From assembly GCF_044704955.1 (NCBI RefSeq), contig NC_091985.1:165912001-165976000 (forward strand): a stretch of DNA of 64,000 nucleotides, given 5' to 3'. Below are positions 49,301 through 61,863 of the stretch, piece after piece. Origin of the DNA: Pristiophorus japonicus (taxonomy: Eukaryota). The position numbers were made by a program, and so were the translations under genes. The stretch's first letter is position 1; every line of letters begins with the position of its first letter. A model generated the notes under the pieces. The model was not told where the DNA came from and did not search any database. It worked only from the letters and a program-made list of their open reading frames with translations.

Positions 49301-52300
49301 AGCGACATCGCGGTTTTTAATGCCAATCGTCGTAATACGCCGTTTTTTTAAGAACAAGCGCATTTTGTGTCCAAATTTACCCCCTTAAAAATGGTGCCAT
49401 TTTTTATTATTTATTCACTATTTTGTTGTTTATCAAATATCAGGCTGGGGAATTTCTATCCTTTTTCATTTTTCTATCTCCTTTCACGGCATCCGGACGC
49501 CTCAAAGTGCTTTCCAGCCACTGAAGTACTGTTTTTGAAGTGTAGTCACTGTTATAATGTAGGAAATGTGACAACCAATTTTCACACAGTAAGCTCCCAT
49601 AAACAGCAATGAGATAATGACCAGATAATCTGTTCTTGTTATGTTAGTTGAGGGATAAATATTGACCAGGACAACAGGAGAACTCCTCTTCGAGATAGTG
49701 CCATGGGATCTTTTACGTCCACCTGAGGGGGTTTAAAGTCTCATTCGAAAGGTAGCACCTCCAACAGTGCATCTCAGTACTGCACTGAAATGTCAACCTG
49801 GATTATGTGCTCAAGACTCTGGAGCGGGGCTTGAACCCACAACCTTCTGCCCCACTGAGCCACGGTTAACACCATCAAAAGTCAAATGTAACACATTGCT
49901 CACGTAAAGAATTTAACGCCATAGAATTTAATGAGGTTATATATATTTATCAAATTTAGTGAAACTTGGAGTAAGCCATTCTGAATTCATGTTTAAATCT
50001 ATCGTTATGGTAAGTAGATGCAAATCTGTTGTCAGTTTGAACTTGGCTGTTTTAAAGTTTGTATCTACAAGCCCCAGCCATAATAAGAAGCCTATATTTT
50101 CCTATTGTCTCACCTGTTCCTCCCCTCTCCAGAAAAAGGAAGTTAAGACATTATTCACACCCTCACCAAATAGTTGGCTTTGATAATTGTAGGCTAATAG
50201 ATAGCATCAACTGCCCCGATATTTTTAGGTAGAAAACATCTGTCAAACTGAGTGTGGCGAGGTGGAGTGTTGTAATGTAGCTTGTGGTGGGATCAACTAA
50301 ATTGAACGGGTAAGGCCCTGTTAGTACAGGCAACTCTCCGATCCGTGTACGGATAATCAACGGAGAACCCGCTGCAACAGCGCTTAAATCATTGGGGGGG
50401 GGATCCTTGGGATAGATGAAGTTCTAATGCACATGATAGTGTCCCATGTACAGCTGCACTGAAATGGATCAAATTTGGGACCCAAACATTTTCGCGAAGT
50501 ACTGAACAGTCAAATTACAGGGGCATTTAAAAATAAAACATAACTGACACAGACGATATGTATTTTATTACCTTCACCCTATGATTACACAAACTATGTC
50601 TTTGTGGTTGGTTCTATCACCGTCAAATTTCAGCTCTGAGACGTGCACTCGCCCTAGCGTCAAAATCGTTTACCCGGAATAGCCCGATCCCCGAGGGACC
50701 CGGATAATCGAGAGTTGCCTGTAATTTAATTTTTTATGGTTTTGTCAGAGCACTTATTCAAAACTTTTAATTGTTGTGTTGCCAGCCTTAAGTTGGGAGG
50801 CCAGTGAGCAGTTGGATGGTGACCCTGACTGTGTAGGCTTTATTTTAACAGATATGATCCGAAGACGAAGTTTGAGGACACGTGCCATCAAAATGTTGGT
50901 TCTTGATGAAGCGGATGAAATGCTGAACAAAGGTACCTGATGTTTAAAATGTTAAAGGGATTCAATAGATTGGATGAAGTGAAACTATTTCCTCGGTGGG
51001 GTGTCTAGAACAAGGGGGCATGACTTTTTTAAATTAGTGAGGCCATTCAGAAGCGAAATCAGGCAGCACTTTTTCATATCAAGGTTAGTGGAAATCTGGA
51101 ACTGTTTTCACCCAAAAGGTTAATGAGGTTGGGGGTTCATTGAAAATTTCAGGACTGAGATCAACTGATTTTTGTTGGGTTGGGGTATCAAGAGATATGG
51201 AGCCAAGGCGGGTAAATGGGATTGAGGTACAGATCAGCCGTGAGCTAGTTGAACAGGCTCGAGGGACTGAATGGCTACTCCTGTTCTTGTCCCTTGCAAT
51301 AACTTGTTATCCTCTTCCTCAACATATTTCGCCCAAAGAATTGCAGTAAATATGACGGTTATTCTACTTAGCCCCGTATTAAACATGTGTAAAGTTACTG
51401 AGAAATGATATTATAACTCGTGTGGTTGCCCCATCCCATTGGTTTTGAATGGTTCTGTTTCTTTTGTGTGCAAAGGCTTTTATTTAGACATGCTAGAAGT
51501 GTTCGTTTTAAATAAACGCTTTGAAATGTTTCTACAAGAGGCTGGTGAAATAAATAACCTATTTTTATAGTTTTAATATTGATTGTTCCATGTGACTGGC
51601 AGCATCATTTAACTTTGTTTCCCGATCGCAGGTTTTAAGGAGCAGATCTATGATGTGTACAGATATTTACCTCCAGCCACGCAGGTGATTCTGATCAGTG
51701 CCACACTGCCTCATGAAATCCTGGAAATGACCAACAAGTTCATGACTGATCCAATCCGAATCCTGGTCAAACGGTGAGTTGTTTCTGTGTTAGTAGTATT
51801 TCGGTGTTAAAATTAATTTGAGTCGTCTTGTAACACTGCTGTGAAGCGCCTTGGGATGTTTTACTACGTTAAAGGTGCTATATAAATAAAAATTGTTGTT
51901 GTACCGGCATTTCAAGCTGCCTTGGAAGCATGCAGGGCTAAGCAGCATCTTTGTGTGATTTCAGTACAAGTCAGTGCAATATGAAGTTTCTCATTTACTG
52001 GAATTACTAAAACTCTTTGCACTTGATCCAGATGATCATGTAGTTTGATTTGGCTTTCTTATTCCTCCATTGAATTAACATATATTGCCAAGTGCTAATT
52101 TACAATGAGCCGAATAAATCGGGTCTACGTAGAAATTACTCTCTTCCTTTGCCCTGCTTATTTTAATAGTTGTAAATTTTGGGGAAATTATTCTACCTCT
52201 TACATATTCACTTTTGGTGCAACTTAAGACCAGAGGGTAGCCTGCATATTCGTTACCCCCGCTCCTTCTGCACTGCCCCCTTCTCCTTTCCATGTTGCTC

Positions 52301-55300
52301 CTGCGTGGCTCCTTGCCTGATGATATGGCTGCAATCTGGGCCTCGGTAGTCGTGGATCCATGGGCACGAATCTGTAGTTTACCATGTTGTGGCACTGCAG
52401 TGTGCTTGAGTATCACTGCCCCATTACTGCTGGCCACGTTCGTAATTGAAGAGGACTTACTGTGATAGGGTGCATTAGAGGGAGCAGCGATCGGCAGCCC
52501 GGCCCAGAAATCGGCATGATCCCGGCCTGCAAGACCATCAACGGACTGGGGCCATCAGAGGGAGCAGCATGCGGCGGCATACCATTGCAAAGAGGGCGAT
52601 GGCTGCGAAGTCAGGTCGCTGATTGCAGTGCGGGCAGGCACAGCGGGAGGGGCGAAGGAGCGGCAAGAGTTTGTGGAAGGAAGTGACCAGGGCCCAGAAG
52701 AGGCGAGGGTCCAGGGGCAGCACGGGCCAGTCCTCACTGTGATATGTGTGCTGCACTAGGCCCGTGCAGCAGAGCTGGTCGCCAGTCGTCCTGGTTAATC
52801 CTTGCCACTGGACCAAGACATAGCTCTGTCAAGCCTGTGTGGTGGCTGGTGTGCAACGGCCACCCCACGTTAAAAAAATCGAAGCACAGACATCTTCCAT
52901 CCTCCAAGATGCAGTTCGGGATCTGGAATATTAGGTCCTTCATTGAAACACCTGTGAACTCATTCCTTTTTAGCGTGGAAGCAAGTCATCCTCGCTTCGA
53001 GGGACTGCCTATGATGATGACTGCTGAGGCATTTATAATTGCAATTTCTGTTTCTTACCCCTCCCCCAGCTAACTGCTTTTAGTTATTCAAATGAGTAAT
53101 TCCTTGTAGATTATTTTGGTAGTTAAATTTTTATTTTAGGCACCTCGGGAAGGCATTGTTATGTTGTGTTTTAAACTGCGTGTACTTTTTAGCTTCAACT
53201 TCCAACCAGATTTTATTTGCATTCAACATTGGCTCAGAAATATGGGTTGGAGGCTTCCCGCGGGAGGGTACCTCCGACCGCAATAATTTCTACGGAAGTG
53301 CCTGGTGGTCCCAGGGGTTCGGCGACTTGCGGTCCTGGGGCTCTACGCGAAGGCCAGCTTAGGGGCCATCGTATCCCAGGATCGTACGGGTTTCCTACTG
53401 ATCTCTGGGGTCGTGGGCCGACCCAACCTATCCGAGATGGGGGAATCCCCATTCATACTTAGTCATTCTGTATGTACGGAGCTGCCGTAAGTATGAATGG
53501 GAATACCCCCAAAACACACACGGCTGAAAATAAATTAAAAAAACACATTGCATTTTTAAAATTAATTAAAATGCAATTTAATTAAATATTTTATACAAGT
53601 ATTTTTTTAACAGGGCTAAAAATAAATTTGCCTTGATGGACAGGGTTTTTAATATATAAATGGTAACATTTTGTTCTATTTTAAAACCTCTTGCGTGAGG
53701 AAACTGAGGTGGTAAGCCTGCTTTTACCAGCGTGAGAATTTGAAGAATGTTCGGTGGCCAGGAGTTGGGCAAATGGCCCGCGGATGCCCTTTTCCTTTTT
53801 TACTGATGCAAATCGCAAGCACTTCACATGCCTAAATCCGGAACTTGCGGGGACCCCACGTGCGCACTTCATACGTGCCTGTGGGGAGCATAATTTCATA
53901 AGAATTAGGAACAGGAGTAGGCCATCTAGCCCCTCGAGCCTGCTCAGCCCCATTATCTTTTGGCTTCTTTCATTGCTTCCAGTGACTTCTGCCTTTTCCA
54001 GAATAATAAGTCTTGCAACATTCATTTATCACATTTTAGAAATCACATCAGTGCTAAAAATCAAGGGCTGTCGTGTTGTCTCTGGTCTAAAGTCCACAGA
54101 CAGTTCGGCTACTTACCAGTCCAGGCACTGCCCTAGGTGAAATCTGTGAGCACCGGACCAATCAGCAATAGAACTGTGGGGCTCAGTTTAAATTCTGACA
54201 GATCTGTTTCCTGTTTTGCCCTCCATGTGCTATCTTAATGCAGGTGTTCTACTGGCAGTCATACAGGTGGGTATCAAAATATGTGTCTATATGTTTGAAT
54301 AAAATTAACTGGTGTGGAAGAAGAATGAATGGCCTGATGGGCACTCTGTTTTCCATTGCGATCAGAAAGAGCAAACCAGCCTGAGGATCAGAGTTGGAAC
54401 TGATGCCAGTGGTGGTTTAAACAGTGCAATTCTGCAGCTTCGGGTTGATGTGCAAAATGATTTCTTCTTTACTTGATTGTTTTTAATATGTGATTGTTTT
54501 GTGTTTACAGTGATGAGTTGACCTTGGAAGGAATCAAACAGTTCTTTGTCGCAGTTGAAAGGGAGGAGTGGAAGTTCGACACATTGTGTGACCTGTATGA
54601 CACACTAACCATTACGCAAGCTGTTATTTTCTGCAACACTAAGCGGAAGGTACAAAAAAACATTCCTTATCCACCCGTCTTCTAAATTTGCATGGTTGGT
54701 TTTACATTAAAGTGTTTGTTGCTAGAGCTGACCATTAGTTTTACTCATATAATGAAAACCAGCTAAAGTTCAGAGTGCATTCTGAATGTACTGGCTTTGA
54801 CACGCATATCATTACTGGCTCAATTAGCCCGTCTTAATTTATGTGGCGTTTAGTAATTCTTTTGTAAACTCTATATATAAAGTATGTCCTTCAGCCAACA
54901 TAAGTGGGAGATAGCACTGGAAAATAAAACCCAGAAGTATTGAGACAATAAGTGAATGGTTGGAATATAAAAGTAGTGTGTGCTCTTGTTGTCTTAAAAC
55001 AGAGTTCTGTTTGTTCACTTGAGTAGTAATGAATTCAGTCTGCAGGTTATAATCATTTTATTCTTTAACATCAGCATAAAAAGCAATTTACAAGCGGAGT
55101 ATAGTCACAGAGCACGCAAACTGGGCATGGGTCTTTCCGTGCTGCTTGATCAAAGGAAAAAGCTTAATTTCTACACTGTTTTCTTATCAAACTGCAGCAG
55201 GCATTGCCTAATAGGGTAGTCTCTGGCTACTGCATAGTCCAGAGACACTAGTCTGCATTTTCTTCAATATACACCATCAACATTAGAAGCACATAAAAAC

Positions 55301-58300
55301 AACATGGCCTTGCTGTGGTAACAATATCCAAGGCCAGTTAGTTGCAAACACCAGTTGTTGCTAAGTGAAATCCATGTCTCGCTCGCTCTCTCGTTCTCTC
55401 GCTCGTTCTCTCCCAAATGATACCAGCCACATGTTTTTCCCTGTATCACATGAACACCTTTTCAGAAGCTGAATTAACAGAGCTCCATATGCCAACAGCT
55501 CTACAGTACTAGACCGCTGAGTAAGACTTGACTGACTGTTGTATTTGCGATTTTCTTGGGGAAGGAGACAGTTTGCCTGATTTGGTAGGAATATTAATGG
55601 AGTTTTCCACATTGCTCCAGCATTTCTGCGGGTCAGCATTGACCGTGAGCTGGGAGAGCTCCCTACTCCAGGCTGGCAGTGTACATGGGGATACCCTTCT
55701 TAATAGAGTGGCGGGAATGAGCATGCACAAAACAATTAAGATGTGAAATTGAAATTAATGGGCATGAAAACTATGTAGAAAGGACCGAGGAAAAATAAGT
55801 TAATTCTGAATGTTTTTAAAACGCATTATACTTTTTAAAAAAAAAAAAAGTGAAACCATAAATCTCTCAAACTGCACATCGTTCGAAAAAGAAATGCTTC
55901 TGTGTGTGTTTGTCTGTTTGTTTCCTTGCGACTTGTGTGGTTATAGGAATGTATACGTAACAAACACAATCAAATAAAAGGAATAGGTAAGATAAGGATT
56001 TACTTAACCACTAGAATATATATTAAAAAAACAAAATATGCATTGGGGAATGAAGGAGTGAAGAAAAAATACAGCTAGCATAGTTGTCTTCAATTGTATT
56101 GTGGATTCCTTTTGAATATTAACGGCGGGTTTCACTCAAGTTCTGGATTTCCTGCAGGCATTGCTTGTCACTACTGCTGCAGTATTGTTCTGCCATAACT
56201 TTGTACATTTCAGAAGCTGGATAATAAAGTAGAATTAAAAAAAAATTAAAAATAATCCATCGTGGTGCAAAATCTTTACTGTCCTCCAAGGGGAAATTAA
56301 CAGCAAGTAGCTTCCAATACTAGTGTTTCTTTACTGCAGGTGGACTGGCTCACTGAAAAAATGAGAGAGGCTAACTTTACAGTGTCATCAATGCATGGTG
56401 ACATGCCGCAGAAGGAGAGGGAATCCATCATGAAGGAATTCCGTTCTGGTGCCAGGTGGGTGGTGGTTGAAAACTGCGTGTGTTCAGCTGACTGTTTCTG
56501 ACTGCAGCGCTTGAAAGATAACTGCCTCCTGTGTTTGCTTCACAGCCGAGTGCTTATTTCTACAGACGTTTGGGCGAGAGGATTGGATGTCCCGCAGGTC
56601 TCGCTGATCATAAACTATGATTTGCCAAATAACAGAGAGTTGTACATCCACAGGTAATCTCCACGTGCTTTCCCTGTACCAGGTTTCATTTCATGCATGC
56701 ATCTTCTGACCCTCCAGAACTGGTCAGCAGTGACATTCTTGGGTCCATGCTCCCTTGTTATGCCTTGGTTTCATTCTGGTTAGTCAGTGAAGTCATGGAC
56801 TTTATTCCCCTCTCTCTCTACATTGCTGATAGTGAAATTCAAAATGTTTAATCACTACTAAAAGGGCCACTGTACAGCAAAATTCTAAAAGGACAAAGCA
56901 TGTTAAAAAAACAAGCCTAAAGGCTTTGTGTCTTAATGCAAGGAGTATCCGTTATAAGGTGGATGAACAAACTGTGCAAATAGATGTTAACAGATATGAT
57001 GTGATTGGGATTAGAGAGACGTGGCTCCAGGATGATCAGGGCTGGGAACTCATCATCCAGGGGTATTCAACATTCAGGAAGGATAGAATAAAAGGAAAAG
57101 GAGGTGGGGTAGCATTGCTGGTTAAAGAGGAGATTAATGCAATAGTTAGGAAGGACATTCGCTTGGATGATGTGGAATCTATATGGGTAGAGCTGCAGAA
57201 CACCAAAGGACAAAAAACGTTAGTGGGAGTTGTGTACAGACCTCCAAACAGTAGTAGTGATGTTGGGGAGGGCATCAAACAGGAAATTAGGGGTGCATGC
57301 AATAAAGGTTATAATGGGTGACTTTAATATGCACATAGATTGGGCTAACCAAACTGGAAGCAATATGGTGGAGGAGGATTTTTTGGAGTGCATAAGGGAT
57401 GGTTTTCTAGACCAATATGTCGAGGAACCAACTAGGGGGGGGAGGCCATCTTGGACCTGGGTGTTGTGTAATGAGAGAGGATTAATTAGCAATCTCGTTG
57501 TGCGAGGCCCCTTGGGGTAGAGTGACCATAATATGGTGGAATTCTGCATTAGGATGGAGAATGAAACAGTTAATTCAGAGACCATGGTCCAGAACTTAAA
57601 GAAGGATAACTTTGAAGGTATGAGGCGTGAATTGGCTAGGATAGATTGGCTAATGATACTTAAGGGGTTGACAGTGGATGGGCAATGGCAGACATTTAGA
57701 GATCGCATGGATGAACTACAACAATTGTACATTCCTGTCTGGCGTAAAAATAAAAAAGGGAAGGTGGCTCAACCGTGGCTATCAAGGGAAATCAGGGATA
57801 GTATTAAAGCCAAGGAAGTGGCATACAAATTGGCCAGAAGTAGCAGTGAACCCGGAGACTGGGAGAAATTTAGAACTCAGCAGAGGAGGACAAAGGGTTT
57901 GATTAGGGCAGGGAAAATGGAGTACGAGAAGAAGCTTGCAGGGAACATTAAGACGGATTGCAAAAGTTTCTATAGCTATGTAAAGAGAACAAGGTTGGTA
58001 AAGACAAACGTAAAGACAAATAGCAGATGCATTGACAGTCATTTTCCAACATTCCATTGACTCTGGATCAGTTCCTATCGAGTGGAGGGTAGCCAATGTA
58101 ACCCCACTTTTTAAAAAAAGGAGGGAGAGAGAAAACAGGGAATTATAGACCGGTCAGCCTGACCTCAGTAGCGGGTAAAATGATGGAATCAATTATTAAG
58201 GATGTCATAGCAGCACATTTGGAAAGAGGTGACATGATAGGTCCAAGTCAGCATGGATTTGTGAAAGGGAAATCATGCTTGACAAATCTTCTGGAATTTT

Positions 58301-61300
58301 TGAGGATGTTTCCAGTAGAGTGGACAAGGGAGAACCAATTGATGTGGTATATTTAGACTTTCAGAAGGCTTTCGACAAGGTCCCAATCAAGAGATTAATG
58401 TGCAAAGTTAAAGCACATGGGATTGGGGGTAGTGTGCTGACATGGATTGAGAACTGGTTGTCAGACAGGAAGCAAAGAGTAGGAGTAAATGGGTACTTTT
58501 CAGAATGGCAGGCAGTGACTAGTGGGGTACCGCAAGGTTCTGTGCTGGGGCCCCAGCTGTTTACATTGTACATTAATGATTTAGACGAGGGGATTAAATG
58601 TAGTATCTCCAAATTTGCGGATGACACTAAGTTAGGTGGCAGTGTGAGCTGCGAGGAGGATGCTATGAGGCTGCAGAGTGACTTGGATAGGTTAGGTGAG
58701 TGGGCAAATGCATGGCAGATGAAGTATAATGTGGATAAATGTGAGGTTATCCACTTTGGTGGTAAAAACAGAGAGACAGACTATTATCTGAATGGTGACA
58801 GATTAGGAAAAGGGGAGGTGCAACGAGACCTGGGTGTCATGGTACATCAGTCATTGAAGGTTGGCATGCAGGTACAGCAGGCGGTTAAGAAAGCAAATGG
58901 CATGTTGGCCTTCATAGCGAGGGGATTTGAGTACAGGGGCAGGGAGGTGTTGCTACAGTTGTACAGGGCCTTGGTGAGGCCACACCTGGAGTATTGTGTA
59001 CAGTTTTGGTCTCCTAACTTGAGGAAGGACATTCTTGCTATTGAGGGAGTGCAGCGAAGGTTCACCAGGCTGATTCCCGGGATGGCGGGACTGACCTATC
59101 AAGAAAGACTGGATCAACTGGGCTTGTATTCACTGGAGTTCAGAAGAATGAGAGGGGATCTCATAGGAACGTTTAAAATTCTGATGGGTTCAGACAGGTT
59201 AGATGCAGGAAGAATGTTCCCAATGTTGGGGAAGTCCAGAACCAGGGGTCACAGTCTAAGGATAAGGGGTAAGTCATTTAGGACCGAGATGAGGAGAAAC
59301 TTCTTCACCCAGAGAGTGGTGAATCTGTGGAATTCTCTACCACAGAAAGTTGTTGAGGCCAATTCACTAAATATATTCAAAAAGGAGTTAGATGAAGTCC
59401 TTACTACTAGGGGGATCAAGGGGTATGGCACAAAAGCAGGAATGGGGTACTGAAGTTGCATGTTCAGCCATGAACTCATTGATTGGCGGTGCAGGCTAGA
59501 AGGGCCGAATGGCCTACTCCTGCACCTATTTTCTATGTTTCTACTTGACATTCCCCTGTTCACTTGTGTAGTATGGAGCATCTGAGAATTGAATCCTATT
59601 TATTGTAAAAGGGAGAAAAAAATGAATTGTGCTGTAAAAATGCGAGCAAGGCAGACTACCTGCTTGAAAATATAATGTGCAAATCTCAAATGTGATGAGG
59701 GAATGGGAATATAACGGAGGCCTAACTATAACGTGTTACGTTGTTTCTGGATACATCAAAACAATCGAGCAGTAAATTCTGATCCAAGAGCTGGTGCCTT
59801 CAGTAACTGGTTGCAGGTAATGTGGTGAAGGGTAGTTTTTATTTTGAGTGCTGACCATCAGTTGCTGGGTTAATACTCTCGGAGCTGATGTCTGTTGAAG
59901 CTGCTAGCTCTCTTTCCACCCCCCACCCCTCCCCCTAGTAAATCCTGCTGCAGTATTGGATGTTGATGTACCTTCGTATTTGTTGGCAGGATTGGTCGAT
60001 CAGGCCGATATGGCCGCAAAGGTGTGGCCATCAACTTTGTTAAGAATGATGACATTCGTATACTGCGAGACATTGAACAGTACTACTCTACGCAGATTGA
60101 TGAAATGCCTATGAACGGTGAGCTCTAATTACAACATCTTCTGACCTGACTGGGTGTTCTTAAGCAGTTGGGGCAACCTAGTGTCATCATTATTGATCAA
60201 TTTAACCAACAAAAGGTCCAGATTATATGCTTTAGCAATTTATGAACATAGTTCCTTGACATTTGGAGTTGTTGTCCTGGAGTGTAACTGATGCCAATAA
60301 TAAACTTGGATTAGTAGCTTGAACTAAAGTCCCTTCCACTTAAAATGTCCACGTTTATATCAGCCAAAAGGCACTAACCATTGGCCATTTGCATTAACGT
60401 CAGTAAAGTTGCCAGTTATTGTGCCTTACGTGCTCCGTTTATTTTGGTCAGAAACAGCTGTGCTTGCTCACTAGTTCATACTTCGTTGAGCTGCACGGAA
60501 TGCAAGAACAAGCATAAGTTAATAACTCCTGGTTAATGTTCAGTTGCCTTTTGCGTACTCGAGGCCTTCTAACCTCCTCTACATTATGTGGGCTTACCGT
60601 TTGTACTGAGCACTGACTGCAGTTTAAATAAAGCTGCAGGTCGTAGTGGAGCTGGAAACATTCTTGTTCTGTAGTAGAATATGTTAACAGCGCATCCCCG
60701 TTATCACGGCCATCCCGTATAGCGGCAAACCACATTTGTGCGAATACGCCCACTAAGCGGTGGGACCTGTAATTGTATCCAAACAGATTCAGCTGCTGTT
60801 GATATACTGATATCTGCTCTTACAATAGAAGATATGTTATGTTTGACAAATAAGGCTGTCCTTATAGTACTCAGAGTTTACAGCCACACAATTTTTAGAC
60901 TGGTACAGTAGACTAGAATCTGCCTTTTTTTATGCTCCGCCCCCTCTTTCCCAGCCTCCCTCCCGTGTTACAAGGAGCATGATGCAGTGTGCTGGGATTC
61001 TATCCGGTTCTGGCCTTGAATTGTCCGCTTGCCTGTCCTGTCCCCAAGGCGGCGAATTGCACTGGGTCACCGTTCCAAAGATGACACCAGCGCTGTGTTG
61101 CTAGGTGCCGACGGCCATTACCCACGGGGACTCGGCATCGAGTGCCAGTCCACCGTGGCTCGGCCTTCGCCGCCAAATGTTTATGCTCCATTTTGGAAGA
61201 TGTTGCTGAATAGTGATGGGGAACGGAACCCTGGGTGATCGATCCCATCCACTTCCCTACTATTTTTTTTCCCCGCCCCCAATTTGCTCCATATAACCAA

Positions 61301-61639
61301 TGATGCTAACTTGTAAATATACAACCCCAAGACTGATAGTAAAGATGAACGATAATCACAGCAATTGTAAAAGTATACCACCCAGACAAAAATGGCAGCC
61401 TTATGGTGCTGTCACTCCCAGTGAGCCCGCAAAACTTGGAAGGGGCGTCTGTTAATTAGTGAAGGCCATAAAAAGCCACCTACCTCCATTCATTTTTATT
61501 CATAGTTAAATGCTTCCAACAATTCCTAAGTGCAGCAGGTCGCCTTGTACGATGTGCATACAATTTAGATTGTGCAAATTTTTAACACAAACTATTAAAA
61601 TGATCTCAATTTTTTTGTCTAGTTGCTGACCTTATTTAA
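34011..61639 (+). CDS. EIF4A3: eIF4A3/DDX48 DEAD-box RNA helicase (EJC core), 12 coding exons, 403 aa
   Basis: Exons of 145,73,67,63,133,81,142,139,116,108,128,17 nt join in frame to 1212 nt. Motifs: [10 protein letters not shown] (Q), SQSGTGKT (I), [36 protein letters not shown]; C-terminus MPMNVADLI. The N-terminal [33 protein letters not shown] is eIF4A3-specific rather than eIF4A1/2. Confidence 0.98.
35885..37563. mobile_element. Two L2 fragments in opposite orientation (35885-37040 minus, 37041-37563 plus)
   Basis: ORFs 35902, 36206, 36300 (-) and 37063 (+); L2 tails at both outer ends. Confidence 0.85.
37745..37940 (-). mobile_element. RTE 3' fragment inside a CR1 3' fragment
   Basis: [21 protein letters not shown]; (CAT)n tail. 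Confidence 0.82.
38245..40828 (-). mobile_element. CR1 (older subfamily, extended 3' UTR) in eIF4A3 intron 1
   Basis: ORFs 38652, 38938, 39146; (ATAGAAAC)n tail at 38245. Confidence 0.9.
40829..41985 (-). mobile_element. Young CR1 3' fragment in intron 1 (antisense to eIF4A3)
   Basis: ORFs 40918 and 41668 near-identical to the C-terminus of 12516..15422. Confidence 0.93.
42461..45160 (+). mobile_element. PIF/Harbinger DNA transposon derivative (Myb/SANT gene retained, transposase missing)
   Basis: Perfect 11-bp TIR GGGCCCAAGTT (42461-42471) / AACTTGGGCCC (45150-45160); splits a LINE fragment that resumes at 45161. Confidence 0.85.
42970..44232 (+). pseudogene. Harbinger Myb/SANT-like DNA-binding protein, 3 exons (42970-43210, 43325-43487, 43622-44232), frameshift near 43030
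   Basis: [35 protein letters not shown] | [18 protein letters not shown] | acidic/low-complexity region; GT-AG introns. Confidence 0.8.
46360..46432 (+). CDS. EIF4A3: eIF4A3 exon 2 ([25 protein letters not shown])
   Basis: acceptor tttctgtag|, donor |gtaagt. Confidence 0.97.
46520..46586 (+). CDS. EIF4A3: eIF4A3 exon 3 ([22 protein letters not shown])
   Basis: ttttctag| ... |gtaata; Walker A motif. Confidence 0.97.
46790..46852 (+). CDS. EIF4A3: eIF4A3 exon 4 ([21 protein letters not shown])
   Basis: catttag| ... |gtaaga. Confidence 0.97.
48334..48466 (+). CDS. EIF4A3: eIF4A3 exon 5 ([12 protein letters not shown]...TPGRVF)
   Basis: gatcag| ... |gtaagg; peptide visible inside ORF 48193..48642. 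Confidence 0.97.
48919..49461. mobile_element. MITE (Harbinger-like TIRs)
   Basis: ~20-bp TIR GGCTAGAATTTCCCCAGCCT / AGGCTGGGGAATTTCTATCC. Confidence 0.75.
50327..50721. mobile_element. Tc1/mariner-pogo (Tigger-like) MITE
   Basis: TA|CAGGCAACTCTC ... GAGAGTTGCCTG|TA. Confidence 0.85.
50852..50932 (+). CDS. EIF4A3: eIF4A3 exon 6 ([27 protein letters not shown])
   Basis: ttttaacag| ... |gtacct; DEAD motif. Confidence 0.97.
51632..51773 (+). CDS. EIF4A3: eIF4A3 exon 7 ([15 protein letters not shown]...SAT...ILVKR)
   Basis: atcgcag| ... |gtgagt. Confidence 0.97.
52480..53020 (+). mobile_element. Non-autonomous bipartite RTE derivative
   Basis: RTE-type 5' UTR, ORF start [10 protein letters not shown] (APE motif I), then a jump to tail ...gagggactgcctatgatgatga. 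Confidence 0.78.
54511..54649 (+). CDS. EIF4A3: eIF4A3 exon 8 ([12 protein letters not shown]...IFCNTKRK)
   Basis: gtttacag| ... |gtacaa. Confidence 0.97.
56340..56455 (+). CDS. EIF4A3: eIF4A3 exon 9 ([13 protein letters not shown]...FRSGAS)
   Basis: ttactgcag| ... |gtgggt. Confidence 0.97.
56546..56653 (+). CDS. EIF4A3: eIF4A3 exon 10 ([14 protein letters not shown]...LYIHR)
   Basis: cttcacag| ... |gtaatc. Confidence 0.97.
56865..59543 (+). mobile_element. Young CR1 in intron 10 (sense), frameshifted with an internal deletion near 58015
   Basis: ORFs 56926, 57230, 57533, 58275; KTNV joined directly to IADAL; TTTCTATGTTTCT tail. Confidence 0.93.
59990..60117 (+). CDS. EIF4A3: eIF4A3 exon 11 ([11 protein letters not shown]...DEMPMN)
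   Basis: ttggcag| ... |gtgagc. Confidence 0.97.
61623..61639 (+). CDS. EIF4A3: eIF4A3 exon 12 coding part (VADLI*)
   Basis: ttttttgtctag|TTGCTGACCTTATTTAA. Confidence 0.95.
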
Positions 61640-61863
61640 AGGAAATGAGAGACGAGCGGACCTCGATGGGCAATGGATTACATTTCTTCCGTTTTGGACA
61701 GGAAATACCTGGCGTTGCACAGGGACTCTGTGCATCTCCTGTCTTCTGTTTTTAGAATACGGATCTTTTTCTCAGTACCCCAAGGATTTGTAAACTCGTG
61801 GCGTTGCTTTCTTTTGTACACCAGGAATTTCTAGGTTTATTTTTATTTTTTTTGCAAGTATTA

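Noticed and set aside
59692-59782. Possible C/D snoRNA in intron 10 (GTGATGA...CTGA)
   Set aside because: No clear terminal stem, no recognisable rRNA antisense element, ~200 nt from the 3' splice site; such boxes occur by chance.
60921-61240. Alternative last exon of eIF4A3 (acceptor-like ...ctctttcccag at 60954, would add ~21 aa)
   Set aside because: Appears to be the antisense tail of a degenerate ancient SINE-like repeat (similar to 1900-2240 and 47370-47590); the canonical VADLI exon is intact; no transcript evidence.
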